Shown here: positions 37,237-51,519 of the stretch, piece after piece | Numbering within the stretch: position 1 is the first letter of the stretch | How the letters are laid out: each line of letters starts with the position of its first letter | Origin: Octopus sinensis | Lineage: Eukaryota | DNA: 64,000 nt | NCBI RefSeq assembly: GCF_006345805.1 | Contig: NC_042999.1 | Location: 143,716,001 to 143,780,000, forward strand | Direction of reading: 5' to 3' | Made by a program: the position numbers and the translations under genes | Notes under the pieces: model-generated | Databases searched by the model: none | The model's input: the letters and a program-made list of their open reading frames with translations, nothing else | Told to the model about the DNA's origin: nothing

Positions 37237-37803
37237 GAGTGAGAGAGCAGTGCATGCCATCAAAGTGACACTGGGGTAAAATATACGAAGCCCAATATAC
37301 CCATCATGACTACCCGTCTGATAAAGGTACACCAGGCACATGCATCACAACCATATGTGCGCGACATGGTGATCTCATATCAAGATAAACAGCACATGAC
37401 CTTGCAGGTGGGGCCCAGTTAGAATTTTCTTCGGGTTGAGTAGCCCATCCCACTCAAAAGGTCCCTGAATAAGGGTTGTTTAAGGATGTTGAAAGAACCA
37501 CCCATGTTTCCAGAGGTGAATTATTCAAACCCCAAAGAATCCTTCTCAACACATGGCTATGATGCTCCCCCACTACTTCTGCTCGTGATCAGAGATGCAC
37601 ATATCGTCAGCCACTAAGGGACATACTCAACTGGTTAAGGTTAAACAACTGACAAGCAAATCTGTGGTATTGAGCAGAATATTTGCTGTAGCCCATCTTT
37701 TATATCAAGACAAAACAATGTACATGATAACACTTCCAATCAGTTAAGATCAGAAGCCATGAGAGCCACTGCCTGGTACTGCATCAGGGTATTTATCCAG
37801 GGC

Positions 37804-37807
<4 letters not shown>
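37236..37807 (-). mobile_element. S4 non-coding element, longest copy, (ATT)n on both sides
   Basis: About 570 bp; (ATT)n at 37178-37236 and 37808-37866. Confidence 0.88.
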
Positions 37808-37865
<58 letters not shown>

Positions 37866-37870
<5 letters not shown>

Positions 37871-39898
37871 TAGTTTTATTTTTATAGCGTGCTTTCACTT
37901 CACTACCGAGCGCAGCTCTGTGTGCCTTGGGTATGTGCTGTGATTTGTTGTGATGCTCTGATGGTTATTGTATGGAAAGTGTTCTGCGTAGGATGTGTGC
38001 AGTGCCTAGTAGTGCAATTTTCTGTATGTTATATGTGTTTGTAAGTCCTGGTGTTTTTGTTATGTATTTGTCTGAATATTTTTTTATCATGCCTAATGCA
38101 CCTACTATGATAGGAATTGTTTCTGTTTTCAGATTCCACATTCTAGTTACCTCTATTTCCAGGTCTTTGTATTTTGAGAGTTTCTCCATTTCTTTTAGAG
38201 ACACGTTGTCATCTGCCGGTATTGATACATCAATTAGAAAGCATTTTTTTTCTTCATGATCTCTGACAACTATATCTGGTCTGTTGGCCTTAATTTCTCT
38301 ATTGTGTGTATCGGCATATCCCAGAGTATGGTTGCTTTCTCTCGTTTTCTGTGACCTTTTCTGGTGTGTGCCTATACCATCTTTTTTCTGTTGTTATTCC
38401 ATAATGTTGGCATAGCTTCCAATGTATGTAGGTTCCAACTCTGTCATGTCTGTGAATATATTCCTTCTTAGCCAGGACTGGGCAGCCAGAGATAATATGA
38501 TTTATTGTTTCTTGTCCATCTCCACATATTCTGCAGTTACTTGTAATATTTCTTTTCATTACATGTTTTTGGTAATTTCTGGTGGGGAGGCTTTGGTCTT
38601 GTGCTGCAATTAAAAATCCCTCTGTTTCTGCTTTGAGTCCTGAGCTTCTCAACCATTGCTGGGATTTTTCTTTGTCTATTTCTTTTGCGTTTAGTTTAGT
38701 GCAGTATTTACCATGAAGGGGCTTTTCTTGCCATCGTTTTATCATGGTTCGTTGCTGTTCTATTTTTAGTTTGGATTTCATTTGTTTTATAGCTTTTGTT
38801 GTTTCTTCCTCATCTTCTTCTTCTTCTTCGTGTTTATTAGGTGGTATGATTTCTTGTTTGTATTTGTCAGCTTCCTTAAATACTGAGAACAGTTTTTTGT
38901 TTTGCTCGTGTTTTGCTGCTATCTGGATCAGTTTTCCTTCCTTCTGAAGTAGGTATTTTTGCAGTCCTATGGTGGTTATTTTATAGTAGTTTTCCAGCTG
39001 TATAAGGCCTCTACCACCTTCTATACGTTGTATATATAGTCTTTCTATGTCAGATTTTGGGTGATGCATCTCTAGATCCTGTCAGTATTTTTTTGTTTTC
39101 CTATCTATTTTGGACAGTTCATTTCGTGTCCAGTTAAGGATATTGTAGCTGTAACTTATAACTGGGACAGCTAAAGTGTTGAACCTATTATCTTGTTTTT
39201 AGCATTGAGCTCTGTTTTTAGTATTGATCTAACTCGTCTATGATATTCTTTTTTTATTTTCTCTTTCATTTGTGTGTGTTGTGTCTTATCTAGTTCATGG
39301 ATTCCTAAGTATTTGTAAGTTTGGCTTTGGTCTAATTCTTTTATTTCATTGGTTTTATCTAGTGTGATGTTGTTACTCTTACTAGTTTTCCTCTTTTCAT
39401 GGTTACTTTGGAGCATTTTTCTAATCCAAATTTCATATCTATTTCTTTGGTAAATCCATGGACTGTCTTTAATAGTGTTTCCAGCTGTTTGTCATTTGCA
39501 GCGTATAGTTTTAGGTCATCCATATATAAAAGGTGGCTGATCGTTTTGCCGTAACATTTATATCCGCATCCAGTTCTATTTAGCATATCAGATAGAGGTG
39601 ACAGTGCCAAGCAGAAAAGGAGTGGAGAGAGCGTGTCTCCCTGGAGTATTCCTCTTCTAATGGGGATGTCTTTGGTTTTCATGGGTCTCTCTTTTGTTTG
39701 GAGGTGTAGGACTGTTTGCCATTTATTCATAGAGTGCTCTATGAATTTTATGATTGTTGGTGCTACTTTGTTAATGGCTAGTGTTTCGAGGATCCATGTG
39801 TGGGGGATGCTATCAAACGCCTTTTTGTAGTCAATCCAGGCCATACTGAGGCCTTTCTTCTTTCTGTGGCTGTCTTCAGTTACGGCTTTATTAATCAT
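37866..39898 (-). mobile_element. Young 5'-truncated R4/Dong LINE (RT + CCHC + RLE), (ATT)n on both sides
   Basis: WIDYKKAFDSIPH, QGDTLSPLLF, LYMDDLKLY, CRICGDGQETINHIISGC, RHDRV, EKLSKYKDLEIEV..PIIVGALG; three frameshifts. Confidence 0.93.
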
Positions 39899-39899
39899 T

Positions 39900-39928
39900 T
39901 TATTATTATTATTATTATTATTATTATC

Positions 39929-39999
<71 letters not shown>

Positions 40000-40049
40000 C
40001 AGTATTATTATTATTGTTATTGTTATTGTTGTTGTTGTTGTTATTATTG

Positions 40050-40083
<34 letters not shown>

Positions 40084-40090
40084 CATCATT
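39900..40090. repeat. Long compound (ATT)n/(GTT)n microsatellite
   Basis: Direct reading. Confidence 0.97.
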
Positions 40091-40094
40091 ATTT

Positions 40095-40740
40095 ATTGTC
40101 TTTGCACAGCTTCTAACGCTAGAGATGTACGACGGTGTCAGCTGCTCACTACCAGTGAACTAAGGTAACACTCCTTATTTTTCGAGTACCATCCGGAGTA
40201 TTCGAGCGGTTCCAAACAGTGCTGTTTTCTGCAAGTGCTCCAACTTTATTGCATGTACTTTTCCAGATTTCTACTCACTGTTCCCTGGGCCCGACAATTG
40301 GTACTACTACCACCTTTTTCTGCAACCACAACTGCTTAACCTCCCAAGCTAACCTGTCATATCTATCGACTCTTCCTTCTTCCTTATCTCATACCTTGTT
40401 GTCAGCTGGGCATGTTATATCTATGATCCAGCATCATTTGCTTTGTTTCTCAATTAATACTGTCTGGCTTCCTATTCTCTATCTCATGGCCGCACTGAAT
40501 CATAAAATCCCATAGGATCTTTGCATTATCATTTTCGATGAAGCTTTCGGGTTTATGTTAGTAGCAATTTTTTGCTCTGTTAAGTCCATATTTGTTGCAA
40601 AGTATCCAATGGACAATCCTTGATATATTGTCACGACTTCTCTTATATTCTTTCTGGGCTAGTGGCGTACATTGACTGGAATTATGCCATACGGTTTCAC
40701 CATTTTGTCCACAAATTCTGCACAAATTCTGGACAAAATT
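40095..40740 (-). mobile_element. Decayed R4/Dong LINE 3' end whose tail is the 39900-40090 tract
   Basis: Minus strand IIDITCPADNKV..DRYDRLAWEVKQLW..KVVVVPIVG..LQKTALFGTARILRMVLE. Confidence 0.8.
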
Positions 40741-40789
40741 ATTAGTAATAAAAGAGGTTTCATGAATATAGGATGAAAAATGTTTTGAA

Positions 40790-43700
40790 GCATCCGCTCA
40801 GCGACTGCTAGACCAAGCAAGAGCAATCCGTAGGAACGACTGGATTACGGGAGTAGAGAACAAAGAAATTCAGAGAAACATAATACAAAAAAAAAATCAG
40901 AAGGAGAGTGAAACAGCAGTAGCAGAAAGCGGAAATGAAGGGGTAAGAGATGAAGAACATGAAATAGATAGAAACCACAGAGTACCAGAGAATGCTGATA
41001 AAGTAACTAATGAAGACGATCTGGATGGTCAAGTGATAAGTACAGCACAAGACTTGAATGATGAAGAGAAAGAGATTTTAGAAATGTTGCGAGGTAAAAT
41101 GTTTGATGGGAACAATGACGTACCACCATATGGACACAAACAAATGAGGGAAGCCACAGGCAAAGTAAATGACGTTTTAAGCTTGGTCAAAATAGAAAAC
41201 ATCAATGAAGCAAACCAGCTAATCATAGCTGCTGTTAATGTCGTAGCTCACCTAGTAGGCTACATGCGAAAAACTGAAGATATAACAGCAAAAGAAAAGA
41301 AAGAACCAAACTGGAGGAAGAGACTACGAATGAAGCTGGAAAAGACACGGACAGAACTGTGGCAATTGAATACGATAATGAGAGAAGAGCTTAATAAGAT
41401 AGTAATCATAAAATGAACAGGTAATACTGGAAGAAAGGGGGAAACAAACAGTACATGAAGAATTGGCACAAAAGGTGACAACATTAAAGACCAAATTGAA
41501 AACATATGATGCTAGATGCAAAGGTTTCGAGCAGAATAAACCGTTCCAATCAAATAAAAGACGTCGATTTGAGGAAATGGAGGGAGGCCAACATCAAGAA
41601 CTGATTCCAGATGCGGAAGAAAGTAAAGAATTTTGAGGAAGGTTGTGGAACAGGCCGGCGAGACATAAAGAAAACGTTGAGTAGCTAACAAAGGTGGAAA
41701 GACAACTTGAAATTATACCAAGACAAAAGAACCTCAGAATTAATCTATATAGTGTAACAGAAGTTTTTTTAAAATAGCAGATTGGCAAGGGCCTGGCCCA
41801 AATAGAGTACAAGGCTACTGGCTGAAGAACTTTACACAGTTGCTGCGCCACTGGATGACTGCCTGCAGCAAGGCCATGTCTCTGCCTGGATGACAAGTGA
41901 ACGAACACAGCTATGCCTCGAGGATCCCTTGAAAGGGAACTTGTCATCAAATTTTTGACCTATAACTTGTTTACCACTAATGTGGATGCTTATGACTGCT
42001 GTCTTGGCGGAAGAGTTATGCAACCACCTTCAAAGTAACAATCTACTTCCAGAAAAACAGAAAGAATGCAGGAAACAATGTAGGGCAACAAAAGACCACT
42101 TATTAGTTGATAAAATGCTAATTAGAAATTGTAAACGCAGATTGATGGGACTGCCTGTAGCATGGTTAGATTACAAAAAGCTTATGATATGGTACCTCAC
42201 AGTTGGATAAGTAAAACAGTGAGCATGTTTGGAATAGTAAAAGACATAGAGAAAATGCTTAATGAAAGTATGAAACATTGGAATACTGAATTGATCGGAG
42301 GAAAGCAAAATCTCGGAAAAGTGAACATCAGACGTGGAATATTCTAAACTATTCGTATTGGCCATGACACTGCTCACTATGATACTACGAAAAGTTACAA
42401 GTGCTTACGATCTGGGAAGAGAAAATGGTCAGAAAAATCATCTCCTTTTCATGGATGATATAAAGGTTTATGGGAAAAATGAGAAACCGCATGAACCACT
42501 TGTACATAACATCCGCATTTTCTCAAATGACGTAGGTAAGGAATTTGGGATAGATAAGTGCGCTATTTTGAAAATGAAACGTGGAAGATTGGAAATAAAC
42601 CAGGGATTTGAAATGTCAAATGGACAAACAATAAGATCGGTTCAGAAAGGATAGTGGAATAAGTACTTGGGGATATTGGAAGCAGGCGAGATAAAAATGA
42701 AAAAATGTAACAAATTACTAGCAGAGAGTACACAAAGAGAGTAAGAAAATTCTTGCAGTCAAAGCTGAATTCCAAAAATCTTATTGAAGCAATAAATTGA
42801 AGAGCGGTACCACTAATCAGATATGGAATTGGAATTATAGACTTGACCAGAAACGTTATAAAGAAACTTGACAGAAAAACTAGGAAGTTGTTGACGATGT
42901 ATGGCGCCCACCATCCGAACGCTGATAACAATCGGGTGTACTTGAGGAGAGACCAGGGTGGAAGGGGATTAATAGCAGTAGAAGAATGTGTACAGCTGGA
43001 AAGAAAAAGCCTAGTAGAATATTTACAGAGCAGCACAGAAAAACTACTATAGTCAGTTAATAAAGAACAGGTGATGAAACGCGTAATAGGAGAAAAGAAC
43101 AAAAAGGAAATACAAAGAGAGCACGTCAGACAGATCGAAGAGAAACCGCTACATGACTAATTTTGGAGAGCTACTGAAGATGTACGTAGAACAATACGTC
43201 TTCAGTGGGCTTGGTTAAAAAAGGGGCAATTAAGAAAAGAAACAGAGGGCCTAATTGTAACAGCTCAAGATCAAGAGATAAAAACAAACAACTTGAGAAA
43301 AAATATATATGGAGATAATGCGTCAGAAAAATGTATAACCTGTGGAACTTGAAACAAGACAGTGGTATACAGTGTGGCAGAATGCCCCAAGTTGGCACAG
43401 TAAGAATATAAGAAATAGAGGTACGACCATGTTGTAAAAAATATACACTGGAAACTGTGCCAGAAATGGGGATTTGAAGCTGGAAACACATGGTGCAATC
43501 ATCGAATCGAAACAGTACTGGAGTCGGAGAAATGTAAGATTTTGTGAGACTTTCTTATTCAAACGGACAAAAAAATTAGAAAACAATAGACCAACCATAA
43601 CGATTATAGATACGGAAAAGCAAAGTTGCTTACTTATCCGTTTGACTCCAGGATCGCAAAGAAAGAGGAAGAAAAACAAAACAAAAAATACAATTTCTTA

Positions 43701-43985
43701 AAATAGGAAGTATTTGACACATGCGAACAGTAAAGGTCGTGCATTGGAAACAGTAAGCAAAGATATAGACAAAAGGCTGAAGGAGATTGAAATAGAATGT
43801 CCGGCAGAGCTCCTACAGAGAGTTTGTCTCTTAGGGAGAACAAAGATTATCAGGAGGGTTCTAAGCACTTGAAATACTTCTGAAAACTTGTGGAAACCTA
43901 AGATTACAAGTAGTAACCTGCTATTCACATAATTCCTAACAAGAATAAGACCGAACCCGAGTCAAACCAAAATAAGGATAATATA
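40790..43985 (+). mobile_element. Long, heavily decayed R4/Dong LINE (N-terminal region to RLE)
   Basis: QRLLDQARAIRRNDW; PNWRKRL; EKQKECRKQCRATKDHLL; WLDYKK; FMDDIKVYG; LDRKTRKLLTMYGAHHPNADNNRVYL; NNRPTITIID. Confidence 0.88.
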
Positions 43986-44097
43986 CCACTCTATTACCTA
44001 ATGTTTGATTGACGTTTTTTCCTAACTCAGATTTTTAGACATCTTTCTCTCTGTCTTTCTCTCTCTCTCTTTCTTCCAACCTCTCTCTCTCTTTCTG

Positions 44098-44165
<68 letters not shown>

Positions 44166-45068
44166 TAGAGTCTAGATCTTCGTAACCCATTATTGCTATC
44201 GGCCTCGTTCAAAGGCGTTGGTGTCGGTTATCGAGAGGAACGTACTGACTGACAACTTGTTCAATCTAGCATGAGATAACATCTGTTAAACAGATTTGCT
44301 AACCTCCGTACATTGTGCACACCAGTGCCTTCATTTCTGCTGTAAAATCTGTCAAATTATGCAATTATCTTGTGATATGTAGTTCTATACATCTTTGTCG
44401 ATTTTTCCAGTTTATACGTTATTCATTCCCTATGTAGAATTCAGTCTTCATATTTCTTAGCGCCGTAAAACAAGCTCAACAGAGAAAGAAATTTATACAT
44501 TTCAACCTACAAGCATTATACTTGATTATGGCTTACATATTTGTCGTGGCTCACACACCATGTATACACACATCCACAAATTCACATATTACATTTGTTA
44601 CATTCACTAGATTGTATTTAAGATCCATACTTTCCATTTGTTGATCCACTCCTCTGGATATATTAATGCAATGTCATCCTTAATGTACCCATCAGCTCAT
44701 TCGTTCTCTTCCTCACAATATGTTTCGGTTATTATATGTCATATTGTAAACACTTTTTCTAGCCTCCAATGCATTCTGAAGTTTCATCCTCAGCCAAAGA
44801 GTATTTTCTGATCACTAGCCTGCAGTAATTTGAACTCAACATCAACTGTCCCAACGTTAGCCATCTATTTCGTGCGTGTAATTTAGTGGGGGCCTAATAA
44901 ACCTCTGTTTATTCGAGAACAACACATTTAAAGTATGATTGGAAAGAACAACAACGAAATCAGCATTAAACAGAAAACACTTTAAAAATTTAAATTAGTG
45001 TATAATGAAGTACAATCAATACAGAATCTTTAAATTGTTGACCAGTAGAAAGAGGAAGAAAGAGAGAG

Positions 45069-45120
<52 letters not shown>

Positions 45121-46869
45121 AGAGAGAGAGAGAACAAATAACAAAGAAAAAGTAACGAAGAAGAAATCAAAGAAAATTAATTTTAAGCTGCTCAGAATAG
45201 AGGAAGACATGCAAAATTTATTGGTCCATGCACATACCTGGAAATAATGAACAATTTATAAAAGGGGGCAAATGATTTGAAAATGCTACAATAAAGTGAA
45301 AGATCATACTAGAAGTAAAACAGAAAAGAGTAAAAATCAGAAGAATTACTAGAACCATTCGTGGTATTTTCTCAAACGAAAAAGCGTCAGGAAGAATGTT
45401 TAAAATCAATGTGATTAACATGGGCTATACAGTTGGAAGCAAGTATCCAGTGTAGCTATTCCTGAAGGAAAGAGTTTCACTGAGCAGTGAATTAGAACTA
45501 ACATATTTATCTACTGTGAAACAATACCTCCTGCCTGCGTAGCAATATCAGAACATTTATGAATAGTCAAATATTAATCATCCAACAAAAGTGACATGGT
45601 TAAAATATTTAATATTTAATAAAATTACGAGTGTAATTTATTTTGATGTTCGTTATTCTTGTGTAAACTCTCATTATTTCTCGGAGAATTGATTTAAACT
45701 GTTTTTTTTTCTCTTATAATTCGTGGAATATTTTAGAGGGATAATAAACCTAGGATTTATAGTAAAAATAAATCAACGCCTGTACTTAAATATTCCAGTA
45801 TTTTATCGGTTCTGAAACTATGAAAGACAACATCGACTTCGGCTGAATTTGAATAGAGAGCATATCTATGTCAGTTACAAAATAATACAGGCATTTTGTC
45901 CGACGCCGTATGGATTATACCTGGATAAAGTTAAAAACTACAAAATTTTTTTTAAATATATGTTATCTTTTCTCCATACGCTATATTTTTCAGTAATGAT
46001 GGATCGAAAATGCATATGAAATAGTCCAAACTAAAAAAAAAGTTAATATTTGAGAAATATAGTAAAGATTCTCGTAGTAAGTACATAATTAAAACTGAAA
46101 ATTAAATTAAATAATCTTTGAAACAAGTAGAATGATATTATTGGAGGTACTCTAGTGCATTAAGATATAATAGAATGGTATATAACGCATATATGGTATA
46201 TAACGCATATAACGCATATTGGCATATTAGTAGACTATTACACAAGTGCAATATATAATGATACAGTAGTACAACATAGAAGGGCATATTAATTGAATAC
46301 TAGTAAGATATAGACAGCGTCACGTGTACAATTTACAGCAGAACGCTAGTACAATATAGAAGGGTTAGTACTCTAGTATAATATAAAAGGGTATATTAAT
46401 GCATGAGTAAATTTCAGAATAGTACGCTAATGTACTTGCACAATGTAGAATACGAGGGTACACTAGTGCGAAACCACAGAATAGAATGTTGTACATTAAA
46501 GAGTGGCAAACTAAGTACATTATAAAATGGTGCACTAGTACACTAAAACACAAACACAATCTAGAATGCTACACAAATACACTAGCACAATATACAGTGG
46601 TACAGTTATACACTGATGTAGAATAGTACAATGGTAGAATAGTACAGTGATACACTTGTACACCGATGTAGAATAGTACACTGATACACTTGTACTATAC
46701 ATATTATAGAATGGTTTACTAGTGCACTTGTACGATATATAATGATGCACTACTACACTAGCAAAGTAACTTAATGAACAAAGATTGATTAAATTAGTAG
46801 AGGTCTTCAAGAATATGTTATAAAGGAGTCCTAAATTTATTTTAAAAAATACACATTAATGCTTTATAT

Positions 46870-48000
46870 AATAAACTACAACTTAAAACTTAGATTTTCT
46901 TGATTTAGAATGATGAAATCCGTTGATGCTAGTGACATTTATATTTTACGAGCTTCATGTTCCTGATCAATTTCTGTGAAATTGTATTTTTTGTTCATGT
47001 TAATCCTTTTCGGGTTTGAAAAATAATCTCTTATAGTTGGTCACAACGAGTAACAAAGAGACCAGCTTTAGGAAACAAGTTTCATAGAATTATCAGTTAT
47101 CAAATGGTGAAACCTTAACTCTACAAGGATTTGTCTGATGCCAATATATGAAGCAATATCAATTCAATTTTAAATATTTCTACAAACTGCTCAAATTCTT
47201 CACCGAGATCTTCTTCTAGATTTGGCAAGATCCGATTACCTCTTTACAATCTCTTCGGATTTTAATTGATGAAGGAATCTAAATACACTACTTTTTGATA
47301 AGCTTTCTGGCGTTTTGATAAGACAGAAAGGGAGATAGCAACAATAGCAAACATTATTTGGCTCTTGAACTTCCGATTTCGCTTGTCTTCTATTCAAGTT
47401 TGTTGTTGATTATATTCACACTCACACAGAAGAAAAAAAAATTACCGCTTAAGTTGAATATATTCATGCAAGTAACCCATACAGTACACATGCAATGTCC
47501 ATGGCTTGGGTTGAAGATTGTAAAGAAACTTAAATATTGCCATTATTCTGTTTCCAAGTTCACCGTGGTTGACATTTGTAACGAGCCTATTTTCGACTCT
47601 CTCTCTAAATTCAAACGTCACCCAAGATTTGTTTCATTGCCGTACCGTTGCGTAAAAGCTCGTTTGTTGCATCTGCCTGTCTGGTATCTGACAATTTTTA
47701 TTCAATGACCAATATCTGATAATGCAGCAGAAAGATCTCACGAATAAACTGAATGAGAAAGATGTGTGCAAATTTTGAAAAAAATTAATGTTTCTTGATA
47801 ATATTCAGTAGAGCGTTTTTCAACCAAAGTCAATGAATGTGAAAAACGTGGAATGTAATCCACAGATTCACTCAGCTCTTTAATTAGTGTTTATAAATCA
47901 CTATATTTGCCGCTTATATTACGGCATAATTTTAATCCAGTAATCGTTTAAATGAATGATATTTTACTTTAAGATTTTAAGAATACTTTAAACAAGCTCT
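46870..48000 (-). mobile_element. Decayed hAT transposase relic
   Basis: LIKELSESVDYIPRFSHSLTLV (CxxH region, 47821-47889); PNLEEDLGEEFEQF; VVTNY..FFKP-KRI (dimerisation domain); FHHSKSRK. Confidence 0.6.
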
Positions 48001-48270
48001 TCATGTATGCTATGACTCTCCACATTCCCAAATTTAACAATTCTTTCAACTGACTCAGACAGTAAAACAAAACACAATCCATATTAGCCGATGCACATAA
48101 GATATATAGGGAGTAGAAGTTAATGAGAGAAAATAATATTTGTATTTCTTTACTTCACATACAGTGTGATCAAGTAGTCTGAATTCTGCCTCATTGGTGA
48201 ATTTCTTACATGTTGTTTTAGATAGGTGTGATTTATGTCGCTTTCATTTGGTGGAATGAGTATTTATATG

Positions 48271-48534
48271 GCAGCGTGGAAGGTGTTTGTAAGCTATTTA
48301 AGAAACACACAAAAGCTGTTCGATTCACTTCAACATTTAAGTTTAATTTGTCAGTGAACAGGTCGCGGTCTTATAGCGACGAAAATATTTTGACAAATTA
48401 AACTTAAATGTTGAAGTGAATCGAACGGCTTTTGTGTGTTTCTTAAATGGCTTACAAACACCTTCCACGCTGCAATTGTTTTCGTTCTCGCACACGATCT
48501 CAGATCAAATCACTTGCTATGCAAGTCCATCTCC
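48271..48534 (+). mobile_element. 264-bp retro-insertion: 83-bp inverted arm + hammerhead + tail, with 12-bp TSD
   Basis: AGTATTTATATG at 48259-48270 and 48535-48546. 48271-48353 is the reverse complement of 48391-48473 with 2 mismatches. Confidence 0.85.
48347..48397 (+). ncRNA. Type I hammerhead fold with compensated G3-C8 core
   Basis: TTTGTCA | GTGAACA G | GTCGC ggtcttata GCGAC | GAAA | palindromic stem III AATATT, triplet UUU | TGACAAA. Confidence 0.7.
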
Positions 48535-50869
48535 AGTATTTATATGTTCTGACAGAAATGTGTTAAATTCGGTTTGTAATTCTAACCACTCAATAGATTT
48601 TCCGTTATGAGAAAAGTCAAGAGTTTCACCGTTACCACGAAAGGCAATGTTCTGCTAAAAAACAGTATATACTGAGTATTTATGTTAACTTACGAAACGA
48701 ACTTTCAAAGACTTTCTGTAAAAGACCCTATTTTAATTAATAGACTAAGTTCGGGTATTGAATCTCATATGAAACTTTCTGAAGTGAAAAATGTCGCAAG
48801 TATTACACCGTTTTAGAGGTACTCCTGAAAATATTTAGACTTACTTAATCTTTAACTAAACCGAAACCTAGCTATTTTATCAAATGATAATTATTTTTAT
48901 GGAATCAGCTCCATATCTGAGGCAACTAGATTGAATACAAAGTTTTCTAGTATGTGATATTTTAAATAAAGCTTTACGTTTACCTGCTATTCAGCGTCTT
49001 AGGGGTTATTAAAAAGATAAGCGTAGAAGACAAAGACTTAGATGCTTTAAATATATTAACATGCTCTCCTCCACCAAGAATTCTTAAGAATACTCAGTGA
49101 AGTCTCAGACCCCTCAAGATTCTAAATAGGAATTCTAAGATGGAATACTCTTTATCAACAAACATCTAGTGATAATCAAAACCATCAGTATTCTAGGAAC
49201 CGACAATCTTTCTTCTACACATCAATTCTTTTTTATATGTTGACGTTAATAATTTTAAAGGCAATCTCCCAAGCAAAAGAAGAAATTGCAATGAATTTGA
49301 ATAGGTAGACCCCATCTTTATAAATCTTGATTTTATTATAAACCAAACCTAAAAACACGGAGCTTTTCTCTCATATATCCTTATTTTTAAACAACTAAAA
49401 TGCGTAAATTAAATGTTGTCTTTTGATAATAACTGGAATATAATGTATAAGAATCTGATCACTCTTACATTACTCAGCTGCAGATATAGTATTTGATGAT
49501 ATTGATGACTGGTTATAAAAAACACAACATATATATATATACATTCCAAAATTAAGTATCCGAAAGTTCAACTTGTAGCCTGGCATCCTTTGTGTGCCGT
49601 TTGATACCAGTTAGATAACACTTTTCAAAACAAATTCATCATCTAAGTGCTCAGAATTAAAAAGGGTAGCATCTTAAGTATCATAAGTGAATTCTTCAAG
49701 AAAAATTATGTGCATATATCACATTCAGCTCTAGAAATACTGGACGGTCTTGCTTCAACAAAGTCTTGTAGGCAAAGCTCTGCATATTGACATAATATTA
49801 TGCACGGGAAATTTGAAAATGGTATTAATGTCGACAAAATTTGTAGCCTCATTTCGAAATTATGCTTTTGAATTCAGGAACAGAAGACATGATATATACG
49901 TGTAGGACAAAATAGCTAATGAAGTGGTTTAGACCACCAAGATACAACCTAAAATGTTGATTATGTTACATTATGGTACATATCTGCTGAACAGCTGCCA
50001 ATGTTATCAAGATATTACTTTTCTATGCAGCAGGACGTCGTTGCTTAAACAATGTTCAATGCCATGGCTAGTATGGACTGCTCTGCAAAAGGATATTTAA
50101 AAATATATTTGTGATATTCTTCCTTTCGACAATGTTTAATCAACTGAACTATCTAATTATATTAGCGTGTAAGTGGAAGAGTATTCCTTAAACACATATT
50201 CTTAACGCAAATCTCAGGCAGTGCGTAACAAGATTCCACCTTCGAATTCCAGGTACAATCAATCCAACGCACTTATGCATAGTTTCCATCTATCCAGTTT
50301 CATTTACAAAGCTTATGTCGACTCAAGACTTTGGTAAAAAAACATTTGACCATGATATCATACAATTAGATTGAACTCGAGGTTCCGTAATTGCAAAGCG
50401 AAATTCTTAACCATTCGGTCATTTGCAAGCACACATTGAGTTTGGTAACAAGTTTCTACACAATGAATATTAGTTCCAACTAAAACGTCAAAGAAAGTTA
50501 GTGAACAAATAGGTGTCAGCATTTTATTCACAGAAAGAACACTATGAGCATCTGTCTCGAAATCTGTAACTTATAAATTTACGTTTCTACTTAAATTCAT
50601 TCTTGCACATGAAAATGGTTCCCCTGCATGGACTTAGCCGTAATGACTAAAAAAAAGTTAAAGTAAAAAACATCGATACGTTACAGCTTTCATGATAGTT
50701 TTAGAAAGTTTGGGCTTTTATGTAATGAAGTAACCCACAATCCCTGGAAGAAGTTGTGATAATATTCAAAACCTTTCTAAACTTTAATGCTACTGTTGTC
50801 AGAATTTCACGCATACATATATATATGCATACATAATATCGGTATAAAGTGTAGCCTTTCTTGGACTCG

Positions 50870-51410
50870 TGAATACTACATCACACTTCGAATACTATTC
50901 GTTTGCAATCTAAGAGCAGAAGATTGCGACATAATACCTGATAAACAAAAGAGACTGTGATGTCCATTATAACACATTTCAGTGGAAGATATCACATATG
51001 ATCAGTAACCGGCCAATAATGTCATCAAAGTATTACCTCCCAATGCGATACGACGTTGTCGCTAAAACAATATACCATTCCATCCGAAAAAAAAGACTGT
51101 TCTGGGATAAATATAGTGACTTTTGTTATTGAATACATATTTAACCATGGAATATTAGTGGAGTATTCCCATCAAAATCTCAACCACGTGCAAACATAAT
51201 AGACTAGATATCATTGTTTGAGATAGACAAGAAAACGTGTGCACCGTCATAGAAGCCAGCTGTCCCGCTGATGTGAATATCTCTTTGAAAATCAAAGAGA
51301 AAGCGGATAATTACGGATAATTGCTGGGAATCCTTCGGCTTCTATACCCGGATTATAAATAGACATTTATACCAATAATAATTACTGCACTTGATTTTGT
51401 GAGTAATTGC
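50870..51410 (+). mobile_element. Decayed 3' fragment of a second RLE-LINE family (R4/NeSL-like)
   Basis: FAI*EQKIAT*YLINKRD; VEDITHMI; MRYDVVAKTIY; KHNRLDIIV*DR..VIEASCPADVNISLKIKEKADNYG..LLYPDYK..PIII. Confidence 0.75.
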
Positions 51411-51519
51411 CTAAGTGACAATCCGCATAAGCTGGGCTTTCAAAAAGAAAAAGAAAAAAAAGAAAAAAAAAAGAAATCAGTCAGCTAACTCTGAAAGCGA
51501 AAAGTGAAATAGCTTTTAT

